From contig NZ_CP124549.1 of the NCBI RefSeq assembly GCF_030253515.1, positions 30,001 to 62,000 of the forward strand: a DNA stretch of 32,000 nt, read 5' to 3'. The translations under genes and the position numbers were made by a program. Below, one piece after another: positions 7,296-14,792 of the stretch. Origin of the DNA: Candidatus Nanosynbacter lyticus (GTDB lineage Bacteria; Patescibacteriota; Saccharimonadia; Saccharimonadales; Saccharimonadaceae). The notes beneath the pieces are model-generated. The model was not told the origin of the DNA. It did not search any database and saw nothing but the letters and a program-made list of their open reading frames with translations. The first letter of the stretch is position 1. Every line of letters starts with the position of its first letter.

Positions 7296-8982
7296 TGGGG
7301 CGACGGTGTATGACATGAATTGGGACAACTCGGGTGGCTATGAAGGGCAGGACAGCCCGCTCGGGCGGCTGCATGGTTATGACAACAAAGGAGTGTTGCA
7401 GAAGATGGCGCTCAACGAGATGATCCCGGGGCGCGTCAAGCAAATCGAGTTCGTAAAGAAATACCAACCAAAGGTGATCACGCTGACGGCGGGCGGGAAT
7501 GATGTGGGGTTTGGAAATAAATTAAAAGCATGCGTGCCCTTCCCTAGTACCTGCGTGTATGCAAAAACTGAAGAGCGACGAAAGCTAAAGAACGAAATTC
7601 TTGATCAATTTGAGCGATTAAAGTCATTCTATGAGGAACTTAAAGCCGCAACGGACAACAAAGCAAAAATATATGTACTTGGCTATCCGCAATTTATAAA
7701 TGGAGCTCCTGATGCTCCGTGTGGAGGCAGGGGCCTTCTTTATCTTGACGCCAGAGAGCGCGAGATGATAACAAATTCAGTTTCTTATCTTAATGGTGTG
7801 ATCCGCCAAGCCTCCAAAGCGGCTGGGGTAAAATACATAGATGTAGAAAATGCCTTTGGCAATCATTGGCTATGTGGCGATAAACCTACTCACGTTAACC
7901 CGTTGCTGTTGGTTGAGGAGGTTGCTAGTAGGCAACCAGACTTCCACCTCCCTCCCGTTGAGCGTCAAGAAAGCTTTCATCCAAACGCTAAAGGTCACGC
8001 CGATATTGCTCGTGCTTTTAAGAAAGAATTAGGCGGTGTTAATCCTGTGGATTATAAAATCTGTAAAAATGACGCGACGACTTGTCCTGACAACTCTGCG
8101 ACAAGGGATAATATACCAACACCTCCTTATTTTAACGTTACTAATGAGCAGGAAGACATAAAGTTTACTTATTATAAACTATCCAATGGGACAGCGACAA
8201 AAGTTCAAGAAAAGCACATAGAGATCAAAACATCCAGGCGCCCGTATAAGCCATGGAAAAAGGTATACGTAAAGATTTACTCTGAGCCAAGAGATTTGGG
8301 CGAGATTGAGGCTGATGAGAATGGTGAAATTAATGGATCTGTGGCACTGCCTGAGGATTTGCCCGCTGGATATCACACGCTGGTGGTGTCTGGTGAAGCA
8401 CCAGATGGCAAGAAGCAAGAGCTATACCAAACCATTCTCGTCAAAGGTCCAAACCCCGAGGATATCGACGAAAATGATACGCCAGACAAACTCCAACCCT
8501 GCGGGGCTTTCGCTCAAGCCGCTAATAAAGACGAAGACCTTGACGGCATCGACGACGCCTGCGACCCTGAGATCACCGACCCCATCCTCTACACTGCTCG
8601 CAACGGCAAGTCGTTGCTTGGCGAAGATGAGGATCGGATTTATCTCTTTCGCAATACGCGAGCAGCTAACTTGACTGGTATCACGAACGATTACGTTGAC
8701 AAGTCAAAAAACCAGAATAACGCTGATGCGCTGGTCGGACATACTTTAAGCGAAGAGACACGCGGACTTGCATTCGATAAACTGGTCGTTATGAAAGAAG
8801 CTGACGGTGACATAAAAAAAGGAACGCCGATTATCCTCGCCAAAGACGTAAACGAAAAATGCTACGCCCTAAAACCAGAGGATTACCTATCACCAGCACT
8901 AAAGCCCGGATCAAAAAAGTATAAGCTACGAGGATTAACAAAACTAAATACACTACCGAAGGGGGTTGGTTGTGAAGAATAA
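7183..8982 (+). CDS. SGNH/GDSL hydrolase blocks II-V plus Ig-like and Ca-binding C-terminal regions (C-terminal part of the frameshifted gene)
   Basis: Contains ACSGATVYD (block II), TLTAGGNDVGF (block III) and ESFHPNAKGH (block V, catalytic His). A DxDxDGxxDxxD thrombospondin-type-3-like motif lies at 8530-8565. This frame is +1 relative to 5769..7295. The real coding part probably begins near 7257; the first in-frame ATG is at 7315. Confidence 0.7.
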   Translation: MHRRKSVISVRVRIRTSWRIGWGWVSGPSAAWASVACSGATVYDMNWDNSGGYEGQDSPLGRLHGYDNKGVLQKMALNEMIPGRVKQIEFVKKYQPKVITLTAGGNDVGFGNKLKACVPFPSTCVYAKTEERRKLKNEILDQFERLKSFYEELKAATDNKAKIYVLGYPQFINGAPDAPCGGRGLLYLDAREREMITNSVSYLNGVIRQASKAAGVKYIDVENAFGNHWLCGDKPTHVNPLLLVEEVASRQPDFHLPPVERQESFHPNAKGHADIARAFKKELGGVNPVDYKICKNDATTCPDNSATRDNIPTPPYFNVTNEQEDIKFTYYKLSNGTATKVQEKHIEIKTSRRPYKPWKKVYVKIYSEPRDLGEIEADENGEINGSVALPEDLPAGYHTLVVSGEAPDGKKQELYQTILVKGPNPEDIDENDTPDKLQPCGAFAQAANKDEDLDGIDDACDPEITDPILYTARNGKSLLGEDEDRIYLFRNTRAANLTGITNDYVDKSKNQNNADALVGHTLSEETRGLAFDKLVVMKEADGDIKKGTPIILAKDVNEKCYALKPEDYLSPALKPGSKKYKLRGLTKLNTLPKGVGCEE

Positions 8983-8988
8983 GAAGGT
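8862..8988 (+). repeat. Direct repeat copy 1 (3' end of the hydrolase gene plus start of small gene A1)
   Basis: Near-identical to 10345..10471. I saw 3 mismatches over about 127 nt, all synonymous in the hydrolase frame. Confidence 0.85.
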
Positions 8989-9265
8989 AATCAAGTGCTC
9001 AACTGTACTATATACAGGCGTAGTGTCGGTCTTGGGAATATGTCAGTTCCTGGGTGTGCCAAACCTTGATATGATCTCAATACAAGATAGGGTAATGCTA
9101 GGTGCAATTATATGGTGGCTCGGCATATTTGGTGTTGCTATGAATGCAGTTATTATAATGAAAATTCAGGAATTAAGAGCGCTGGCCACTATTTTATTAC
9201 TATTATGTGCTGCATCTGGTTTAATCGGTGGTTTTCATTACTATTTGGCGACTACCTGGGCTTGA
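8972..9265 (+). CDS. Small 3-TM membrane protein, family A (A1)
   Basis: The GTG start sits 6 nt after GAAGGGGG and overlaps the hydrolase stop (TGTGAAGAATAA). The protein begins MKNKKVIK and has three hydrophobic segments, a GVPNLD motif and GGFHYYLA. The ORF track starts it at 8966. Confidence 0.6.
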   Translation: MKNKKVIKCSTVLYTGVVSVLGICQFLGVPNLDMISIQDRVMLGAIIWWLGIFGVAMNAVIIMKIQELRALATILLLLCAASGLIGGFHYYLATTWA

Positions 9266-9315
9266 GGTTAACTTGTGAAGTATAACATAATTAACACAAA
9301 AATAAGGGGTGAATT

Positions 9316-9600
9316 GTGAAGAATAAGAAAATAATTGTGGGATTATCAATTATTGTCCCAATGTTAATATTGTTGCTAGAATACTACATAATCGGTCCGC
9401 TATTGGCCGATGGTATCAGTATATTTGTTGCACAATGCTCGTTGCTAGCTTTGAGTGCTATATTTATGATAGCGGGCATTGTCATTTTAGTGAGAGCTTC
9501 TGGGGGTTATAAATTTTGTTGTGTGCCCAGTATCGTCGCCAGCTTATTACTCGTTTTTGGATATTTTTTGTCCGAGGCTGTAAAAGAGATACGGTTCTAG
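9316..9600 (+). CDS. Small 3-TM membrane protein, family B (B1)
   Basis: GTG start preceded by AAGGGG. The protein begins MKNKKIIV and has three hydrophobic segments and the motif R-x3-YKF-C-C. Confidence 0.55.
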   Translation: MKNKKIIVGLSIIVPMLILLLEYYIIGPLLADGISIFVAQCSLLALSAIFMIAGIVILVRASGGYKFCCVPSIVASLLLVFGYFLSEAVKEIRF

Positions 9601-9643
9601 TGAGCTTGGAAAGTAAAATGTGTTATGTTCAACAAGGTGGGCT

Positions 9644-9949
9644 GTGAAGAAAAATAAGATTGTAAAATACGCCACGATAACTTATACATGTCTATTGGCG
9701 GTAATGGCATTTTGCCTATTCGCGGGAATACCGAATCTAGACATGAATCCGAGGCAAGTTAACTCACTGTTAGGGATCATTCTTGTGTGGGCAAGTGTGA
9801 TCGGTATAGCTATAAACCTGCTCACGGTAATTTTTATAAAAAGTCTACGCTCCATTGCCGTAGTGCTGCTCATCGTATGCACATTTGCACTGGCAGAAGG
9901 ATGTTTTCATTATTTTTGGTTTTCACAGCCATTCGCAGGGGGACGGTGA
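9644..9949 (+). CDS. Small 3-TM membrane protein, family A (A2)
   Basis: The GTG at 9644 gives MKKNKIVKY, analogous to A1. GIPNLDM and CFHYF motifs are shared with A1. The ORF track starts it at 9620. Confidence 0.55.
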   Translation: MKKNKIVKYATITYTCLLAVMAFCLFAGIPNLDMNPRQVNSLLGIILVWASVIGIAINLLTVIFIKSLRSIAVVLLIVCTFALAEGCFHYFWFSQPFAGGR

Positions 9950-9972
9950 AGTAGCGCATGGCTAATCATCAT

Positions 9973-10029
9973 ATGAAGATTAATAAAACTAAACAAGCTA
10001 CCGAAGGGGGTGGTTGTGAAAAAGAATAA
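9973..10029 (+). repeat. Degenerate remnant of the hydrolase 3' terminus in front of B2
   Basis: It reads MKINKTKQATEGGGCEKE*, compared with the hydrolase C-terminus LTKLNTLPKGVGCEE*. The nucleotide string aaaactaaacaagctaccgaagggggtggttgtgaa resembles aaaactaaatacactaccgaagggggttggttgtgaa at 8940-8977. Confidence 0.55.
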
Positions 10030-10309
10030 ACAAACGTGTCAAAACGTAATCACTATAATTATAGGGATAATTCCCATCCCTACGCTCGTAATCCATCAGA
10101 TAATAGCTGAAAAATTCATATTTCCATATTACTCCGAAGCTCATTTCAATTATCTACTTATAGGAATTGGAGCGTTTGTTATTGGGGGATCTATCCTAGT
10201 TTGTTGTCGAGGCAGGATAAAATTATGGTGTATTCCTGGGATGCTTGTTGGGGTTATTGCGGTATTAGCTTACATCATAGCTATTGGGCTGAGGGAATTT
10301 CAGTTCTAA
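10016..10309 (+). CDS. Small 3-TM membrane protein, family B (B2)
   Basis: The GTG start lies inside the TGTGAA junction, 5 nt after GAAGGGGG. The protein begins MKKNKQT and has the motif CRGRIKLWC, like B1 and B3. The ORF track starts it at 10010. Confidence 0.55.
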   Translation: MKKNKQTCQNVITIIIGIIPIPTLVIHQIIAEKFIFPYYSEAHFNYLLIGIGAFVIGGSILVCCRGRIKLWCIPGMLVGVIAVLAYIIAIGLREFQF

Positions 10310-10344
10310 GCCGGGGTTAACGATACTGAAGTTATCGTAGGCTA

Positions 10345-10471
10345 CTACGCCCTAAAACCAGAAGATTACCTATCGCCAGCACTAAAACCCGGATCAAAAA
10401 AGTATAAGCTACGAGGATTAACAAAACTAAATACACTACCGAAGGGGGTTGGTTGTGAAGAATAAGAAGGT
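10345..10471 (+). repeat. Direct repeat copy 2: orphan hydrolase 3' end (last 39 codons plus stop) fused to the start of A3
   Basis: It encodes YALKPEDYLSPALKPGSKKYKLRGLTKLNTLPKGVGCEE*, identical in amino acids to the hydrolase C-terminus. No start codon or upstream hydrolase body is present. Confidence 0.85.
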
Positions 10472-10754
10472 TATAAAGCACTCAATCATGCTGTATACTG
10501 GTATACTGTCGGTTTTAGGATTGTGCCAGTTTCTCGGCATACCAAACCTTGATACAGCTTCAAGACACGACAGGATGTTGCTGGGAGCGACTATATAGTG
10601 GTTGGGTGTGGCCGGGGTTATTATAAATGTGATTATTGCAATAAGGCTTAGAACATTGAGGACCTTGGCTATTGTCCTGCTAATGTTGTGTATCGTGTTT
10701 GGCTTGGTCGGTGGTTTTCATTATTATCTAGCAGTTAACTGGAAATGGGGTTAA
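10455..10754 (+). pseudogene. Family A small membrane protein paralog (A3) with an in-frame TAG
   Basis: It translates as MKNKKVIKHSIMLYTGILSVLGLCQFLGIPNLD...GATI*WLGVAG...GGFHYYLAVNWKWG*. The TAG at 10596-10598 sits where A1 has a TGG (Trp) codon. Confidence 0.7.
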
Positions 10755-10887
10755 TCCGTGAAGAATAGTCAATAGGTACGTCAAAGCGCCAAGGATACAA
10801 ACGGGGGTCCATTACCATTTGATGGCTCATTGCTCATAGCAATAGGTTGATTAACTAACGCAGCCGATTTATCATGAGGGGTAGGTT

Positions 10888-11187
10888 ATGAAAGATGATG
10901 TAGCGACGACGGACAAGCCATACTTAAGCGATACGATAGTAATCTTGCTAGTGGTCGCACCGATAGCTTTGTGCGTGCTGCTCTTTGTCGTGGCGAGGTG
11001 GGATACGTGGTGGATTCGTGAATATCATGTTACTGAGATAGCAGCAATGGCGCTGCCGATGCTATTGTCGGCGGCGGGAGTGTGGATGGTAGTGTGGCTG
11101 AGGGGTGTATATAAACTCTGTGCGTTTAGTAGCCTTGCGGTAGCGGCATTGTTCTGGCTGGCGTTTCTTTATAAATTATCGCAATGA
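10888..11187 (+). CDS. Small membrane protein, family B-like (B3)
   Basis: ATG start after GAGGGGTAGG. It has three hydrophobic segments and LRGVYKLC, which matches the family B motif. It is GC-richer than the other array members. Confidence 0.5.
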   Translation: MKDDVATTDKPYLSDTIVILLVVAPIALCVLLFVVARWDTWWIREYHVTEIAAMALPMLLSAAGVWMVVWLRGVYKLCAFSSLAVAALFWLAFLYKLSQ

Positions 11188-11703
11188 TTTTTTACGACTT
11201 TCGCGGTACTTGGTGCGGCGATTAATAGTCATAAGAATTGTTCCGCAGATGAAAAGTGGCGGCGCGCAGAATAGATATATAAACTCTCCCAGCCCATCAG
11301 CCAGAAAGCAGTTACCTATGGAAAATCCGCTACCGCAGCGTCCAGGAATGCCCCACCCGCCGATCGTCATGTCGAGGAGCAGTATCAGTATTGCGAGGTA
11401 AAACAGGATGCCTGTTATAACAAGCGGCCATCGATTGCGCAGGTTCTGACAGCGGGCGGTGATTGACCGGTCCGTTATCTCTATCATCAGCAAGGTGATA
11501 AGCATGGCCACAATGAACCACATTGAGTCGTGCAGATAGTAATCATAATAATAGTCGGGCGGACCAAATTGGTCAGAGTTGAGCTTGTGTAGGTGGTCAT
11601 TATGGGCAGTTGCAAGCACAAAAACGAGGATCGTCAGGCCGTAAATAAGCCAACGCACGATGCGGGTGGCAATTGATTTTTTTGATGGAGCATTTTCAGT
11701 CAT
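11176..11703 (-). CDS. Multi-pass membrane protein, unknown function
   Basis: A 175-aa ORF with about 4 hydrophobic segments. Its ATG overlaps the murF stop (TGATG), so the two are translationally coupled. Its 3' end overlaps B3 convergently by 12 nt. Confidence 0.5.
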   Translation of the reverse strand: MTENAPSKKSIATRIVRWLIYGLTILVFVLATAHNDHLHKLNSDQFGPPDYYYDYYLHDSMWFIVAMLITLLMIEITDRSITARCQNLRNRWPLVITGILFYLAILILLLDMTIGGWGIPGRCGSGFSIGNCFLADGLGEFIYLFCAPPLFICGTILMTINRRTKYRESRKKSLR

Positions 11704-12989
11704 CAATGGTCGCTTTCAAAAAACTGCCGTTTCTTTTCGAGCCACGCGTCTGATTGGCGGACGAGCTTTTGGCGATCGGCGGGGTTTTTGAGGAGTGGCT
11801 TGATGGCTTCCTCGAGGTAGATGCCACCCTGGGAACCTTTGAATAGGAAGGTGGTGTCTTTATTGGCTAGGCGAGCGAGGAACTCAGTGGCATCGGTGGC
11901 TTTAGTAAACGAAGTGACGGTGCAACCGTTTTGGCGGGCGGCTGGAGCGAGGAATCGCTCGGCCAGGTGGCCAACGGTGATGACGTGGTCAAGCTGTTTT
12001 GGGTCACACAGCGCGCCGATGGCAGCGTGTTCGTCGGCTGCGGTCTCGCCCAGCTCGTTCATGTCGCCAAGGACGGCGATTTTGGTTTTGGCGGGTAGCC
12101 GGTAAAGCGTCGTCAGGGCGGATTTTACAGCGAGGGGACTGGAATTATACGAATCGTCGATGATGGTTGCACCGTTGATACCGGGCAAGATATTCATGCG
12201 GCCGCTGACTGGCGTGAAATTCTCGAGCATGGTCATCACACATTCAATGTCAAGTCCAAGCTCTAACGCCACTGCCGCTGCGCCGCCGGCAACGCGGAGT
12301 TGATGCACGCCGACAACAGGAATGATGAATGGACGTGAGGTTTGGTCAGCGTGGATGAGCTGGCACTGAAAGCCCTTGCCGCTAGTAAATTTACCGATAG
12401 CCATCTGGTAGTCGGCGCCCGGCTCGGTGCCGTAGGAAATGATTTGGCCGCAATCGGCGAAATCCACGAACTCGGGGCGAATGTCGTCGCGGTTGTAGAT
12501 CACTTTTTCGCTATATTCAGCGAGGGCAAATTCCTCGCGGGCAACAGTTTCTAATGAGCCGAAAAACTCCATGTGCTCGGGTGCGATGGCGGTGACGATG
12601 GTGACGTCAGGGCGAATATAGCGGCCGAACGCGGTCATTTCGCCGGGGTGATCAATGCCAAACTCTTGGACGACAACATCAATGTCATGCTGGCGGCGGG
12701 CGGCCTGGCGGGCTCGGCCCAAGACCGACAACCAATTCCATACCGAGCGGGGGTTCTGCGGTGAATCGACACCGAGAATTTCCAGCGGCGCGCTAAACTC
12801 GGCGTTGAAGTTGCCGCGGTTGGTGCGGACTTTATAACTGGAGTTTAGGACGCTGACGAGAGTTGATTTGGTAGTGGTTTTGCCGACGCTGCCGACGACG
12901 GCAACGAGCTTGATGTGCGGATTATGCAGGAAGAACGCGGTGACAGAGCGGGCGAGAATGCGCGAGATGAGGGTTTTGAAGAGTCTCAT
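11703..12989 (-). CDS. murF: UDP-MurNAc-tripeptide:D-Ala-D-Ala ligase (MurF-type Mur ligase)
   Basis: Contains the VVGSVGKTTTKS P-loop, IDDSYNSSP and GDMNELG motifs. I prefer the ATG at 12989 (MRLFKT...), which has TGCTATACT 6 nt upstream. The ORF track extends the frame to 13067. Confidence 0.8.
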   Translation of the reverse strand: MRLFKTLISRILARSVTAFFLHNPHIKLVAVVGSVGKTTTKSTLVSVLNSSYKVRTNRGNFNAEFSAPLEILGVDSPQNPRSVWNWLSVLGRARQAARRQHDIDVVVQEFGIDHPGEMTAFGRYIRPDVTIVTAIAPEHMEFFGSLETVAREEFALAEYSEKVIYNRDDIRPEFVDFADCGQIISYGTEPGADYQMAIGKFTSGKGFQCQLIHADQTSRPFIIPVVGVHQLRVAGGAAAVALELGLDIECVMTMLENFTPVSGRMNILPGINGATIIDDSYNSSPLAVKSALTTLYRLPAKTKIAVLGDMNELGETAADEHAAIGALCDPKQLDHVITVGHLAERFLAPAARQNGCTVTSFTKATDATEFLARLANKDTTFLFKGSQGGIYLEEAIKPLLKNPADRQKLVRQSDAWLEKKRQFFESDH

Positions 12990-13053
12990 GAGTATAGTAT
13001 AGCATCTTTTGAATATGGGTAGTGAATCAGGAACTTGATTTTTTATCAAGTTT

Positions 13054-13332
13054 ATGCTAATATTCACTACAGTTATGCTTAATCATGAACGGACATCAGC
13101 ACGAAGGTTAGCACCACCTCGTTGGGGCAGGGTGGATGACATATTATATGCTGTCACAAAAACACCAGAATACCAAAAAACAATCAATGAGGTGAAGTCT
13201 CAAAGAGCTGAGCGACAGCCAGCACAAGAGAGTAATACCGAAGAGTGGGGTGCACGACTTATCGAAAGCTTGCCTAGTGTGCTGCGCGGAAAAGCGGTCA
13301 CTCTTCTGGCTGCACAAGCCGTGTCGGAGTGA
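13054..13332 (+). CDS. Hypothetical protein; possibly the N-terminal part of a gene interrupted by TGA
   Basis: A 92-aa ORF in an AT-richer segment. Its TGA (13330-13332) is followed immediately, in the same frame, by the next ORF. Confidence 0.35.
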   Translation: MLIFTTVMLNHERTSARRLAPPRWGRVDDILYAVTKTPEYQKTINEVKSQRAERQPAQESNTEEWGARLIESLPSVLRGKAVTLLAAQAVSE

Positions 13333-13989
13333 GTGGGGCGAACCCATAAATATGAGAGCGACCAAACTCGTCAATTAGCGCTTATGGCAGCGATACCAAA
13401 TTGGCTGTTAGCGAAGCGACAGCTTGACAAACATGGCAAAACAATGGAACGCCCTGAGAAAAAGAAATTACTTGGTCCAATAATAGCATTTAACCATGCC
13501 CTTCGTAAGATAATCGACGCGGAACAATGTTCAGGGATGCAGCAGTTGATTAATTTTGTTAATGACATTGTTTTAATGATGAGTGAGAGCGAGGAGGTCG
13601 CTCGGTATGCAGAAAATGCAGCACAAATAACCCTCGTTGGTATGAGACAGGAAATTGCGGCAGAGAGCGTGCTAAGTTCAATGCAGGAAGTGCATGGCAT
13701 CAGGGGTGCAAACGACGAGGAAGAACTGGACGGTATAGATATTGTCGTGAATTATAACGGTATTGAGGTTGGGATTGATATTAAATCAAGCCAAACTGCC
13801 GCTGATAAAGCAAATAGAGTCGCTAGAGAACATAGAGATACTAAGTACATGGCAGTGTGGTCTGGGTTTACCGGTTGTGATTTTGGTAGCAATCTCATTT
13901 TGGAGGATTGGCAGCTTAGAAATCAACAAGGCTATTATCGCTCCGTTATGGATGTAGTGATTCAGCAAGTTGGACATAATGTTGCATGA
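13333..13989 (+). CDS. Hypothetical protein with a possible PD-(D/E)xK nuclease-like motif
   Basis: A 218-aa ORF. The pattern E(x)nLDGIDIVV-x9-VGIDIKSS resembles the D...(D/E)xK core of the restriction-endonuclease fold. The GTG start has only a weak Shine-Dalgarno sequence, and the first in-frame ATG is at 13384. Confidence 0.4.
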   Translation: MGRTHKYESDQTRQLALMAAIPNWLLAKRQLDKHGKTMERPEKKKLLGPIIAFNHALRKIIDAEQCSGMQQLINFVNDIVLMMSESEEVARYAENAAQITLVGMRQEIAAESVLSSMQEVHGIRGANDEEELDGIDIVVNYNGIEVGIDIKSSQTAADKANRVAREHRDTKYMAVWSGFTGCDFGSNLILEDWQLRNQQGYYRSVMDVVIQQVGHNVA

Positions 13990-14017
13990 TATATCAGAAT
14001 AGTTTATAATACTAAAG

Positions 14018-14437
14018 ATGCCTATACGTTCATATGATATTATCACCCCTGACGATTTAAACTCGGAAGCATTTCTGAGACAACAATATATAGAAGCGCT
14101 CAAGCGTAGCACTGAGATACCTGGCAAGGTAGGCGCGGTTGCACTTCGGTTGGTTGTGACTCCTAATTCTGATGGTAATGAGTTGGCGACACGGCGACAC
14201 AAACAGAACGGTAGTGCTGAGACAATTATGCTAAATGCAACCATGGTGCTTGATGCAACGGGTTTTGATGAGTCCTCTATTCGAGCGACTGGAAATGTTA
14301 CGGTTGGGACAGAGAAAGCAGTTTGTGGCCCGGGGAGGCTTGAAAAAGATAAGAATGATCAATTAAAACTGCATGTTAATGAAAAGCTGGCGAATCCGGA
14401 GGAACCAGGTGAGGCGGCTATGAAGTTCAATTTCTAG
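14018..14437 (+). CDS. Hypothetical protein
   Basis: A 139-aa ORF with no motif I recognise. Its stop codon lies inside the CIRCE left arm. Confidence 0.4.
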   Translation: MPIRSYDIITPDDLNSEAFLRQQYIEALKRSTEIPGKVGAVALRLVVTPNSDGNELATRRHKQNGSAETIMLNATMVLDATGFDESSIRATGNVTVGTEKAVCGPGRLEKDKNDQLKLHVNEKLANPEEPGEAAMKFNF

Positions 14438-14460
14438 CACTCACGCTTGACGAGTGCTAA
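14434..14460 (+). promoter_or_regulatory. CIRCE operator (HrcA binding site) of the groES-groEL operon
   Basis: cTAGCACTC-N9-GAGTGCTAA, compared with the consensus TTAGCACTC-N9-GAGTGCTAA. It lies 47 nt upstream of the groES ATG. Confidence 0.9.
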
Positions 14461-14506
14461 TTTGGTGCGGTACAATGGGTGTATTGTTAACGAAATGGAG
14501 GATGAT

Positions 14507-14773
14507 ATGGATACACCTATCAAGCCTCTCGGCGACCGCGTGGTAGCGGTGCGCGAGGAGGCGAAGACGCAGACGGCTAGCGGATTATATTTGCCGGACA
14601 ACGCCAAGGAGAAGCCAGTGGTGGCTGAAGTCAAAGCGGTTGGCGGTGATGTCAAGAGTGTAAAGGTGGGCGACAAGATTGTATATAAGGAATATTCGAC
14701 CACGGATTTGAAAATTGACGGCACGGAATATTTGATCGTCCGCGAGGAAGATATTTTAGCAACGGTTGTTTGA
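14507..14773 (+). CDS. groES: Co-chaperonin GroES
   Basis: The protein begins MDTPIKPLGDRVVAV...GLYLPD. A GGAGG Shine-Dalgarno sequence lies 4 nt upstream of the ATG at 14507. The ORF track start at 14447 is upstream of the CIRCE right arm. Confidence 0.9.
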   Translation: MDTPIKPLGDRVVAVREEAKTQTASGLYLPDNAKEKPVVAEVKAVGGDVKSVKVGDKIVYKEYSTTDLKIDGTEYLIVREEDILATVV

Positions 14774-14792
14774 GAAAAGGGGAGTTTTTATT

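Noticed and set aside
8941-10770. A CRISPR-like array suggested by the repeated ...ccgaagggggttggttGTGAAGAATAAGAA... strings at regular spacing
   Set aside because: The repeats are RBS-plus-start-codon contexts of paralogous protein genes. The 'spacers' between them are ~300-nt ORFs with membrane-protein composition. There is no short palindromic repeat of constant length.
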